From Blepharisma stoltei ATCC 30299 (Eukaryota > Protista > Ciliophora), in contig CBFDEM010000021.1 of assembly GCA_965603825.1 (NCBI GenBank), positions 124,001 through 188,000 of the forward strand: a stretch of 64,000 nt of DNA, in the 5' to 3' direction. Each line of letters begins with the position of its first letter. The stretch's first letter is position 1. The notes under the pieces are model-generated. The model ran no database searches. It saw only the letters and a list, made by a program, of their open reading frames with translations, and was not told the origin of the DNA. Below, piece by piece: positions 9,702 to 20,404 of this stretch. The translations under genes and the position numbers were made by a program.

Positions 9702-12131
9702 ATGGCTGACTCTTTTCCTTCCACAACCTCCCAGTTATATAATGCTCTAAAGATTAGTTCTGAATATATTCTTCAGAGGTTGCCTAAAGCTGAAGTTTCA
9801 ATCATATTAGGAAGCGGAATTACTGAATTTTATTTAAGAATAGAAAACTTGCAAGGGATTCCTTTCCACGACATTCCTTATCTTCCAGTCCCAACAGTAT
9901 CAGGCCACAAAGGGACTTTATATCATGGCACAATCCATGGTAAACCTATTTTTTGTTGGGGCGGGAGACTTCATGGCTATGAAGGGTACAGTAATTTTCA
10001 GATTTCTTATATAGCCCATCTCAGTGCATTTTTAGGCTGCAATACTCTTATTTTAACCAACGCTTCCGGTTGCTCAATGCCAGGTGTCAAACCTGGAGAT
10101 ATTGTCTTATTAAAAGACTATATAAAACAATTTGGTCGAAATCCTTTAGACACAGGTCTCCATACTCTTTTCACTGAGCCACATACAAGTTTTGCATTTG
10201 ACGAAGATCTCAGAAAATATGCTATCCAAATAGCAAAACGATTGCCAAATATAACAGTCCATGAAGGAACCTATTTTTGGGTCAGAGGCCCATCATTTGA
10301 AACTCCTTATGAAGTAGAAAGTTACACAGCTTTAGGAGGAGATCTATTTGGGATGAGCACTGTCCCAGAAATTCTGGCTGGCCAAGCTCATGGGATGAGA
10401 GTATTAACAGCTGCAGTCGTCACAAATTTGGCAGCAGGACTTGTAAAGGACGAAATATTGACCCATGAACTTGTAAAAGAGACTATTGCAAAAGTGAAAA
10501 ATGAAATTGAAGAATATTTCATGCAAATTTTGTCAGAATTGCCACCGTTTGAAGGAACTATTCAGACAGAATGGACAAATGATGTAATACCTAGAGCACT
10601 AAACCAAGGAAGAATTGAAATTACTGAAGAACAGATTAGAGCTGCAATAAGATGGCTTAGACAAGTTAATGAAGGCAGACCTAGCCCTACTCTAGCTGTT
10701 GTTATCAACAGTAAACAAAAATTCCGCCTCTCCGAGCTCCGAAAAGTTTACTATTCAGAAATCCCTAATTTCCCTCAAATTTCATATGCATCAAGACAAG
10801 GCTATATTCTTATTGGAGATTTAGCCTCCACAAACCTTATTTTCCTCGTAAATTCAGATTATGAAGGACTAGAAACTTATGAGTCTTACTTTTTAATAAA
10901 AACCTTAATAGGCTTTGGAATTACCCATTTGCATTATATATTCCCAGTACTAAATCTTGATAAAACCGGAATTGTAGGAATTGACGATTATTTTAGTTTG
11001 CATATCAAAGGTTGTGCAGAAGGGTCAAGAAATGATGCTGCCAGGATTACTTCTATAGGAGATCATAGTGTCATGGTTTTTCCAGGGCCAACTTTACCAA
11101 CTGCTGCTGAATATGAGATGGCAAGAAGGCTGAATTTTGATTTAGTCTCTATTTCGTCGACATCTATATTGAGTGAAGCCAGCAATAATGGGCTGCCTCA
11201 TTCTGCAAGCTGCTATAACTGCAACTTTAAGGAAGATTTTTTAACAAATTCTGAGGTTATACAAGCTTTGAGCTTAAATTTGTTTAAAAATTCAAGAGAG
11301 CCACTATTATGATTTCCAAGCCTATATCATAAAGAGGAATTATCAGCATTTAACCATGTTTTAGAGTCTCCTCAAGACTTAGAAATTATTGCAGCAGAAA
11401 TAAAATCAGAATTTTCGCCTATCGCGACCATAATAATTTCAGACACCCTAGGAGAAAGCTTTTTGACCCATTTCCAAGTCACAAAGTCTTACACTTTTGG
11501 CCCTTGGTTTCCTCAAACCTTGCATTTTACCTCAGAAAACTTTATGATCATTAAAGGATCCCCTATCCTTCGCCATGGTGACAAACATCATAAAATGCTT
11601 TTCCCCACATTTTTATCAAATTTACTAAAAATTTCCAAAATATTCATATTTGAAGAAGTCTCAACCTGCAGTGAACATATCCAGCTAGGCAGCTGAATAA
11701 GAATTACTCAACAATGTGGGCTTGCTTTCTTTAATCCGCTATTTGGTCCTAATATAAATCATTGGGGTGTTAGATTCCCTGACATGAGTGCTGCTTTTTC
11801 TTGGAATTTTGACTGGAAATCTGCATTTTTGGCACATGGGATTAATTGTGAGGAAGGAAAACTTGTATATACCTCAAGTGAAAGAGAAGCCCATGGGAGA
11901 GCTCTAGCTAAGGTTGGAAATGTATTAGGTGCTGGGGTGTTAGGAAAAACAGGGCAATATTCAGCAATTATAACTCAGCATAAGCATGCTGAAGAAGAAG
12001 CGAGAAAAGTTTTGTATCTTGGATATGCAAATTATGACCCAATGAGAGACCAACATGCAAGGCAGCCGTCCGATGAGCATTTTCTCGCATTAAAAGAGCT
12101 ATTATTATCCTCAATACCAAAAGTTATCTAA
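9702..12131 (+). CDS. Purine nucleoside phosphorylase (trimeric family) with three tandem PNP-like domains, 809 aa
   Basis: ORFs 9702, 11463 and 11784 share a frame joined by TGA. Domain 1: ILGSG, TVSGH.G, GRLHGYEG, LTNASG, GPSFET, GMSTVPE, VTN. Domain 2: YSEIPNFP, YEG, GPTLPT. Domain 3: NPLFGPNINHWGVRFPDMS. Confidence 0.9.
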
Positions 12132-12203
12132 ATAAGCCAAAATCTTATATTATTCATATAGGTATGATATAATAAATAATTTTTAGTTTATTTAATTTTA
12201 ATT

Positions 12204-15200
12204 ATGCAAAACGACGTTTACAGAAACCCAGAAAAGTCACCTGACTCTTCCCCTTTAAACAACAGGAATTTTTCAAATGAAAATTTAACGGAATTCTCGT
12301 CAAGTCCTTTATTAGTCCCTTTAAGAACCAAATTCAGATCATCTCGAGTCCGAGAAGTAAACGGATGACGAAAACAACGGCCAATTGAAGAGGCAAAAAA
12401 TGAGCTATCAATTGGATCAAACCTGCCTTATCAAGTCCGCAGTAAAAGTGAGATAAATAAAGCCCCAAGGTATCCGCATCATGAAAAGCTACCGAGAATA
12501 ATAGATGTCCCAAGGACAAAACATAATTCCACAAAGCAACAGAAATATGTATCATTTGTGCCTGGAGTCCTGCATGAGTTTCCTTTAGAATCATTAGCAT
12601 CATTTGGAAGTGATGACCATAGGAAATCAGTAGAAAGTGTACTGTATATGTCGCCGAAGTTAAATAGAGAAAATTCAGTGCCTGCACTGACAAGAATAAA
12701 GGACACAAATTTTAAAATAGCTCCTCAGCTGTCAGATATTGAAAGCTCTTATCCTAAAGAATCAATGGATTCTGGAGACATCACAAGCTATATCACAAAA
12801 ATCCAAAATTTAGGATCACTTGAAAGCCAGAGAGCTAGCGGCTCAAAAAAGCATTCAAAAGAATTGAAAGAAACCCCAAGGATTATTTACTCACCTAAAA
12901 AAGTATCAAGAGAGCCTGGAAAATTGTCATATGTAGAATTATACCCATTTTCAGAAAATAACGAATTTATCCATGAAATTCACCAAAAATTCCCTGGGCT
13001 ACACATAGACATTTTGTCAGTGAAGTTCAGAAATCAAGAACTCCAAACCTCGTTTATGGACGAAATTGATAAATCTGCTAAAGAAGAGCTGTTTCATGCC
13101 CTTTTTGACGGAAACTTAGACCGAGAAACCTCTTTTGAGCTTCACCAAGACAAAGCGACTACTTTATTAGATTTATTTTTAAAAGCACTGCTCAAAGGAG
13201 AAATAAAAAATAAAAAAGACGCTCAAGAATTCGTAGATTCCCAGATACAGTCAGGAGTTCTAATAGAAAGAGACTCAATAAGCTCAGCCAAGTCTTCTCA
13301 CAACAGAAGACAGTCAAAATACTTGTTGACACAAACCAAAAGCCTTTCCTCAAATGAAGAAAATATCATGATAAATAACCCAGAGCCAGAAAGAGAAAAA
13401 ACAGCCCCTTGGCTGTCAAGAAATTCTTCTATTAATAACCAAGTGGCTATCCAGCCTAATGTGTCTGATTTATTAAATGTAGAAATCAAAGAAGATTTAT
13501 CATTAGAAGAAGAAAAAACTGTAAGGAGAAACAGCTTGGATACAGTTGAAAATTTTGAAAAAAATATGGCTGAGATTGAAAAAATAAAAGAAAAACATAA
13601 AAGTTTAGTCCCAAATAAGCCAAAACTAGACAGCAAAGAGGAAAATAAATCCCCAGAACTCCCACAGCTTAATATTGAAGGGCAGTCTATTAGTTTTGAA
13701 AGGCGCAGCGACGACTCGAGAGACTCAGAAAAAAAAATTACTGGGTTTTCTAGCAATAGGTCAAGCTCCAGCCCTCTTGCAAAACATCGGCGCATTGACA
13801 GTGCATCTAATTTAGCAGATACTTCTGCTGAGTCTAAAAATTTAAATATATCTATAGTTGGAAATGCAGGTCTTGAAGAAAATAATTCAAAATTTTTAGT
13901 TTTGCCTACAATAAAAAGTGAACAAAATACCCCAGCTGCAGAAAAAAAAGAAATTCCGAAATTTGTGGAAAATGTAGATAGGCTTCAAGCAAGTCCTAGT
14001 AAATCCTCTAAACGCTCTGATAAAGAGATACTTAAATCTGACTCTAGCACAAGGTCAAAATCAGTTAAAAAAAGGGTAGAATTCAGCCAAAAAAGCACGG
14101 TTTCTTCTCCGACAAAGAAAAAAAATACAAAGACGTCAAGATTAAAAACGTCGAAAAATGAAGAAGGAAAAAAAAATAAAAAAAACGAAGGGGATGAAAG
14201 TGAGGAAGGAGAAGAACCAAAGGAAAAAATAAAAGCAATTGATAAATTCATAAAGAATTTCACAGGATCTTTACTAAGTTTAGTACAGCAAGTGAAAGAT
14301 GGAATGTTTGAAGAACATATTTTTGCTGAAAAAGAGCCAGAGGATGAGGTTGAAGAAAGTAATGATAATAAACAAGCTACAGATAATAGCAATTCAGGAA
14401 TAGTGGAAACCGAGATTAGTGTCAATAAAGTAGAAAGTAAAAAGGCAGGTGCAAAAACTAGGAAAATGGTTAAGAAAAAAACGCCTAAGCCAACGGTTAA
14501 AAATAATGAAGAAATACAGAATAAAGAAAAAAAAGAAGAATCGCTAAAAGAAGAAGAAAAAGTTGTGGAGAAAGAAGAAATAGAACAAAACGGAGAAAAC
14601 CCATCAAAAATAAAAAAAGAACCAAAAACTAAAAACCCTGAAAATGCTAAAAAGCGGCCATCTCAATATTTTACTAAAAAACGAGAAAATATACCTATTA
14701 ATTTCCTAAACAACTCAAAGCCCCGTCAAACAGATTCTTCAGAAGGTGAAGTAGAGTTCGACACAAGCCAAGAAAAAGAAAGCATCAGCAGATCTCCAAT
14801 ATCTTCCAGTGCTTCCCCTGTTCACAAAATCGTAAATCCTGCTGAAGAACGTGAAAAGCGAAGCGTTGAATATGAGCTAAAACACATGAATTTAATGAGC
14901 CAAATGGCCAAAGAGCTTTTAGTCTCCCAAAAAGCAATCCCAAACACTTCCAATTTACTAAACTCTGCTAGCTCAGAATTTTTCAAAAACATAACACCTG
15001 CAAAAAAGAGTGCTAGGCAGCCAATTATCCCTCAGATTACTGAAGAATATATATCAGAAGAAGAGGAAAATCCATGAGAAGAAGAAAGAGATGTTGACGA
15101 GGAGCTAGAAATTATGTTCAGAGACAAGAAAACAAGCGTCAAAAAATTCATGTTTTCGCCACCTATACAATACAGATTTCCACAGAAATATGATTTAGCA

Positions 15201-15776
15201 CAAGAGGTTAATTTGAATGAAATTGCAGTTTCCAATCAAAATGTAGACCCAGAAGTTATGGAAACTCATTTAAGTAAACAAAAATTTTTAGAAGACACTA
15301 TAAAAATAGCTGAATATAAAGATTATGCTAAAAAACAAAAAGGTCTTTTATATGTGGTAAATATCAATGAAAAAGCCCCTGACGAACAAAAACGAGAATG
15401 GAGAAGAGACTACGAAAAAAAGAAAAAACGTGAAAAAGAGCGAAGAAGCAAAACAAATTCTTCTGGGGTAACCTTAAGAGGCAAACCTAAAATTACGTTT
15501 AGTGGCTTAGAAGAGTCAAAAGTTGAGAAAAAGCACAGAATGCTACAAGCTTCAAGGTCTATAAGCTGCAGTGATATAGAAATTATCAAAAGTGGAGGCG
15601 CTTTAGATGTAAAAAGTGAAATGGAAGCTAAAGAAAGGATTTATTGTAGGCTGAAAGGAGTTTTCGATCTTAATTCACTTAAGGGAGAATTCAGAGAAAG
15701 AAACTGGATTCCAAACAATTTCAAAGAAAATTTGGAAAGAATAAATTCTGTATTACAGTTTCCTACATGTCGTTAA
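12204..15776 (+). CDS. Large low-complexity K/E/S-rich hypothetical protein (~1190 aa)
   Basis: ATG at 12204 is in frame with ORFs 12558 and 15114, which are joined by TGA; ends in TAA. Confidence 0.75.
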
Positions 15777-15790
15777 TTAATTTTTGGTAT

Positions 15791-16225
15791 TTAATTTGCG
15801 TAGTATTGAGTTCATTGTTGAGCGGTCTGAATAAATCTGTTTTTATCATTTTTAAATAGATTAGCACCTACCCCACAGCAGCAAACTGGATTTTTTAAAT
15901 GTTCTCATATAAGTTGTAATAAATATTCAATTGTATTTTTTGGGCTCCATTCATCAAAAACAGTGTTACAACAGATTTTTCCGGACTCGCTAACTGCGGG
16001 ATGAAATATTTTGGTCATGAAATAAATCTTTGGGTTCTTAAAAGGATAATCAAGTGGAAGCTTAATTAGCACATAAAAAATGCCACCTTGGTAAGGCGTG
16101 TTTTCAGGTCCTTCAATCATTCCTCAGCAGTTAAAAATATTATTTTCATATGGCTGGTACACTATATGTGTCAAATTTTTATTTTTTAATCTCTGGAGTT
16201 CCAAATTGATTCGCTTTGTGGCCAT
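15791..16225 (-). CDS. Ubiquitin-conjugating enzyme E2 (UBC4/UBE2D-like, divergent), 144 aa
   Basis: MATKRINLEL...(W)GMIEGPENTPYQGGIF...YPFKNPKIYFMTKIFHPAVSESGKICC...WSP...QQ(W)TQYYAN*; three TGA codons read as Trp. Confidence 0.9.
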
Positions 16226-16376
16226 TTTTGAGTAATATTATATTTAGTTGGTAATTTTTCTCTGTTTAGCTTTTCCCATCCTTGTAATTTTTTTAATATT
16301 TTAACTATAAATTTTACAAAAATCTAATTATCTAATGTTCACTTTGCTTCTCTTTACCTTTATATTCGCAATAGTT

Positions 16377-17018
16377 CTATTTAAATAATGGAGAAAGCGT
16401 TATTATCGACGTTCCAGATAATGTTGATCTTTGTTTATTTGAACTCGTGCTCGACCTTTTTGTCAAAACTTCTGTATGAAGTCTTATATTTCTCCGTTGA
16501 AAAGAAGCATTATTTTGCCTCTTTGGCGCTACTGTATCAATAGGTTTTAATTTCGCTAAAAAAGAGCTCCTTGACCTTGCCAGAGTAGAGTGAAAGCCTT
16601 CCCTGCTCCTTATTTCGTACTCATCGCTCACTTTTAAAGTCAAATTTTTCTTTTTTTTCATAATTCCTCTTCGTGAGGGAGAATGATGGACTGCTTGTGG
16701 GTGCATATCTCAAGCATATTGCTCCCCTGTATAAAAATCTGTACAAATTCCATTTAAATCGTATCTTTTTATGAAGTAATTATTGCTGCGATTTGATCTT
16801 CCATCAATTTGACTCCTATGTAGAAATTACGCTTTAATTACACTAAATGCGATATCTTCTAGTTGTTTTACTGAATTTGATGCATAAAGCAAGGTATCTT
16901 TAGTGCTTGGAAATTCAAAAATTTGTATGATATCACAGAATCTTGCTTTCTTATTTTTATTCGTTTCAATCGTCTCAACGGGTCTTTGCTGCAAAAAGTA
17001 CATATTTTTCGTTTCCAT
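16377..17018 (-). CDS. Hypothetical basic protein (~208 aa); intron at 16816-16830
   Basis: ORFs 16827-17018 and 16377-16706 are joined by a 15-nt intron and a TGA. Confidence 0.65.
16816..16830 (-). other. 15-nt intron
   Basis: GTAATTTCTACATAG; removes an in-frame TAA. Confidence 0.75.
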
Positions 17019-17171
17019 ATTATTTATGTAATTGTAAGATTATATGTCAACAGAGTGGATTTATATAAAATTCATCAAAAATTAATAATTAATTAATTTC
17101 TAAGTCTATTTTTTGAAAATAAAAATATTTTTCTCTCTCATTTATTAATTTGCCACATTAATTAACTAACT

Positions 17172-18737
17172 ATGACTACTTTGAAAGGATCTTATAGAAT
17201 TATAAGGCCTCTTGGGTCTGGAACTTTTGCAAAAGTTAAACGTAAGTTTTAAGTAGTCGGTGAACATTTAATCACTAATCAAAAAGTTGCAGTGAAAATA
17301 ATAAAGCGAAGCTTGATATCTGAACAGCATTTATATATAAAAATACAAAGGGAAATAAAAATCCTAAAAATACTTCATCATCCTCATATAATAAAGCTGT
17401 ATGACGTTATTTATACTGAAAAAGAAATTATTTTGATTTTAGAGTATGTTTCTGGTGGAGAGCTATACACACTGATTGAAAAAGGAAGGCTACAAGAAAA
17501 TGAAGCAAGAAAATATTTTCAACAAATAATTTCAGCTATCTCTTACTGTCACCAGCGGCGGGTCACACATCGAGACATCAAGCCAGAAAATCTTTTTTTA
17601 GATGAAGATTCTAATATAAAAATCGGGGATTTTGGGTTATCAAATATTATAAGAGACGGCGTTTTTTTCAAAACTGCCTGTGGGTCGCCAAATTATGCAG
17701 CCCCAGAAGTCATTGCTGGATGCCGCTACTGTGGCCCTGAAGCTGACGTATGAAGTATAGGTGTAGTTCTTTACGCATTACTAGCTGGCTACCTTCCTTT
17801 TGACGAAAACAGCATCTCATCGCTTTTTTCAAAAATAAAAAGTAATTCATAATCAGACGCAAAATTTGACATGCCTCATCATTTTTCAAGGCAAGTCAAA
17901 GATTTAATCAAAAGAATGATAACTGCAGACCCAGTATCAAGAATTACAATAATGCAAATAAAAGAGCATCCTTGATATAAAACTGATTTACCTTTGCATT
18001 TGTCTATTACTGATTTAAATTTAGATGCAATTGATAATACTGATTTACTATCAATATATAGAGCTTATAGATATCATAGTGAAATTGATGAAGAAATTTT
18101 AAATAATTGTCTGAAATATGCAGAATTGCAAGATTATGCAAATGATAAAGAAAATATTAAGAAAAATATTATTAGAAGGAAATATGACCCATTCTCAGTC
18201 ACTTATGAAATCCTTTTAAATACTAAGCTTAGAGAAAAAAGAATTGGGCTTGATAAAAGTAATATAGAACTAAAGCCGACTTTTAAAAATTCCAGATCGT
18301 TTATGATATCTGAGGGGATTGAAAATATGGAAAATTTTATTTATTTGGGGGAATCGAACCCTACAAATGATGCTATAAGTGAGCCTCATAACTGAAGTTA
18401 TTGCATAAGGACTAAGAGAGAATCTTATACGCTGATGTGCTTATTATTTAATTATTTTAGAGAATGTCAATTAGAATGAAAATTAATTAGCAATTTTAAT
18501 ATAAGGGCAAGATCTGTGGGGTATCAGGTACTCATTGATAGGCTGGCTGACCAAAAGCCTATATCGCCTATTATGTATGGGAAAATTATTAAATTTGATA
18601 TAGTCATTTATAAGGTAAGAATTATTTAGTACGGAGATAGTTTTGCTCTGGATTGTTTACAAATAGAAGGGCAAACAATGGTATTTTTGGATACAGTTAT
18701 ATATCTGAATAATAAACTTAATAATTTGGTAGATTAA
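17172..18737 (+). CDS. SNF1: SNF1/AMPK catalytic alpha subunit (~506 aa) with three 15-nt introns
   Basis: LGSGTFAKVK|LGEH...VAVK, HRDIKPEN, DFGLSN, KTACGSPNYAAPE, Y.GPEADV(W)S.G, EHP(W). C-terminal AMPK domain HN(W)SYCIR...LE(W)K...FDIVIYK. Confidence 0.93.
17242..17256 (+). other. 15-nt intron (SNF1 intron 1)
   Basis: GTAAGTTTTAAGTAG; removal restores KVKLGEH. Confidence 0.9.
17842..17856 (+). other. 15-nt intron (SNF1 intron 2)
   Basis: GTAATTCATAATCAG; removal restores KIKNAKFDMP. Confidence 0.9.
18615..18629 (+). other. 15-nt intron (SNF1 intron 3)
   Basis: GTAAGAATTATTTAG; removal restores IYK|YGDSFALD. Confidence 0.85.
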
Positions 18738-18794
18738 TATATAAAGAATTTTCCTTATTAAATGCTGCATGCTGATGTAATTTATTGGGAAATA

Positions 18795-19859
18795 TTAATT
18801 ATCATTTAAAGAAATGGCTTGTGATGGGTTATCATGAACTTGCTCCACATGAGAAGTTGTGATTTTATACTTTTTCTTAATAATTTTATTTTTTTCAACA
18901 TCTTCACTACTCATACTAATTTGCATATAAGAAGGTAATGAGCAGTTGATATCTTTTTCCCTTGGCAGTTCTTTAGTAAAATCACAGATTTTAGGTTTTT
19001 TTTCTACTAAATCATATTTGACTGGGTAATTTGTTTCAGGACTAGGATCATCATTTTTAAATAGCTCTTCTCTCTTTGGCATTTTTTCAAATTTAATTGA
19101 TTTTACCAATTTTGGCAAAATTTTTTCTTTATTTGGTGTATATTCAGGCTGAAACTCAGGAATATTAAAAATTTCTGCCCTGGGGCTATATTTCCTCAAG
19201 TCTGGAGAGCTTGTTTTTCTATATAATCCTTACACAAATTTACTTGTAGACTCTTCAGAAAAATCAACTGAGCTGAATCTAGTTTTATTAATAAAATCAC
19301 GAAGCCCATCAAAAATAGGTTTCCTTTCTAGTTGTTTATCAAAGGGAATCCCATTTATTTTTCTCTTTTTCTTTTTAGTTTTTGGTTCAATGACTATTGA
19401 TCTTTCAGTTACGAATTCGATTTTTGTTGGTCTTTTATTTTTTGGGATAGAGTAAGCAGCTTCATGTTTGTGAACTAATGAATAATTTATGTCATAGGCT
19501 CCAAAAGTCCTGCATCCTTCTTCTGATATCTAGATATATGGTACATTAAATACAGAAAAATGAGATCTGTCAGGACCTTTGAAAACTGCAGATGGGCTTG
19601 GCTTTTGTGGTTTTTGCTGCTGATATGGCTTGATACTCTTGATATAAATTACAGATATTAATTTTTCCAGATCTTCGCCTAAGAACTTGTGCTTGCTTTT
19701 AAAATTGAGATTTGACTCACTTAATGACTTTAATAATTCTTGTCTAGCTGAAACTTTGGGACGGTTATATAAGATAAATTCTTTATCTTGCAAGATTTTA
19801 AATCTTTCCAAACTACTTTTGCCTGCTCTTGAGAAAAACTCGTGGTTACTTGGGTGCAT
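18795..19859 (-). CDS. Hypothetical protein with short degenerate repeats (possibly ciliary); introns at 19530-19544, 19219-19233 and probably 19638-19652
   Basis: ORFs are joined in frame by 15-nt introns. Repeated motifs GAYDINYSLV / YPVKYDLV and FDKQLER / FEKMPKR / FTKELPR. Start at 19859 or 19916. Confidence 0.65.
19219..19233 (-). other. 15-nt intron
   Basis: GTAAGGATTATATAG; A at -6; removes an in-frame TAA. Confidence 0.7.
19530..19544 (-). other. 15-nt intron
   Basis: GTACCATATATCTAG; contains the in-frame TAG. Confidence 0.75.
19638..19652 (-). other. Probable 15-nt intron without a stop codon
   Basis: GTAATTTATATCAAG fits the consensus but is not required for the frame. Confidence 0.45.
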
Positions 19860-20060
19860 ATTTTTATGATTCCATTTCTGAATATAAAATACTTCGCTAT
19901 AGCAGCATTTTAACATGCTATTTATGAAAATGATTGAATATTCTTAAAAAGATATTTAGATATAAATATAAAAAAGCTTAGAAATCAATTAAATTAATTT
20001 TTGATAATTCTTTTTATAATTCGACAATAAAATCTTTCGTTAAGAAATTATTGATAAAAT

Positions 20061-20333
20061 ATGGGGTTGTTTACCTACGCAAGACAGATTTCACGTGCTG
20101 TGTATGCTTGCAAAATGCCGGCAAAACACTTTTCCACCCAAAAAGTTAGAATGGCTCCACTTATACCGCTCCAGTCCTCAAATTTCCTGATAAGTACACC
20201 TTTTAATTGCAATTCATTTTCAATATCAGGGTCTTCTTTAATCGACTCTGGCGAAGATGATGAAGAGAAGGCTGTTGAATCGAGTATTTCAAACCTTGAT
20301 ACTGGAAATACACAAGCAATGAAGCGAAGTTAA
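20061..20333 (+). CDS. Small protein with a mitochondrial-presequence-like N-terminus
   Basis: MGLFTYARQISRAVYACKMPAKHFST: basic with no acidic residues; ATG preceded by an A-rich leader. Confidence 0.6.
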   Translation: MGLFTYARQISRAVYACKMPAKHFSTQKVRMAPLIPLQSSNFLISTPFNCNSFSISGSSLIDSGEDDEEKAVESSISNLDTGNTQAMKRS

Positions 20334-20404
20334 AAACTTAAGAATCTTATAAAAATTTAGCCTAGAAAATTGTGTTTATATCCACTATTTGAATAAACAT
20401 AAAA

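Noticed and set aside
18528-18541. GTACTCATTGATAG as a fourth SNF1 intron
   Set aside because: It is 14 nt and would break the frame; the unspliced frame is open and reaches the conserved C-terminal motifs.
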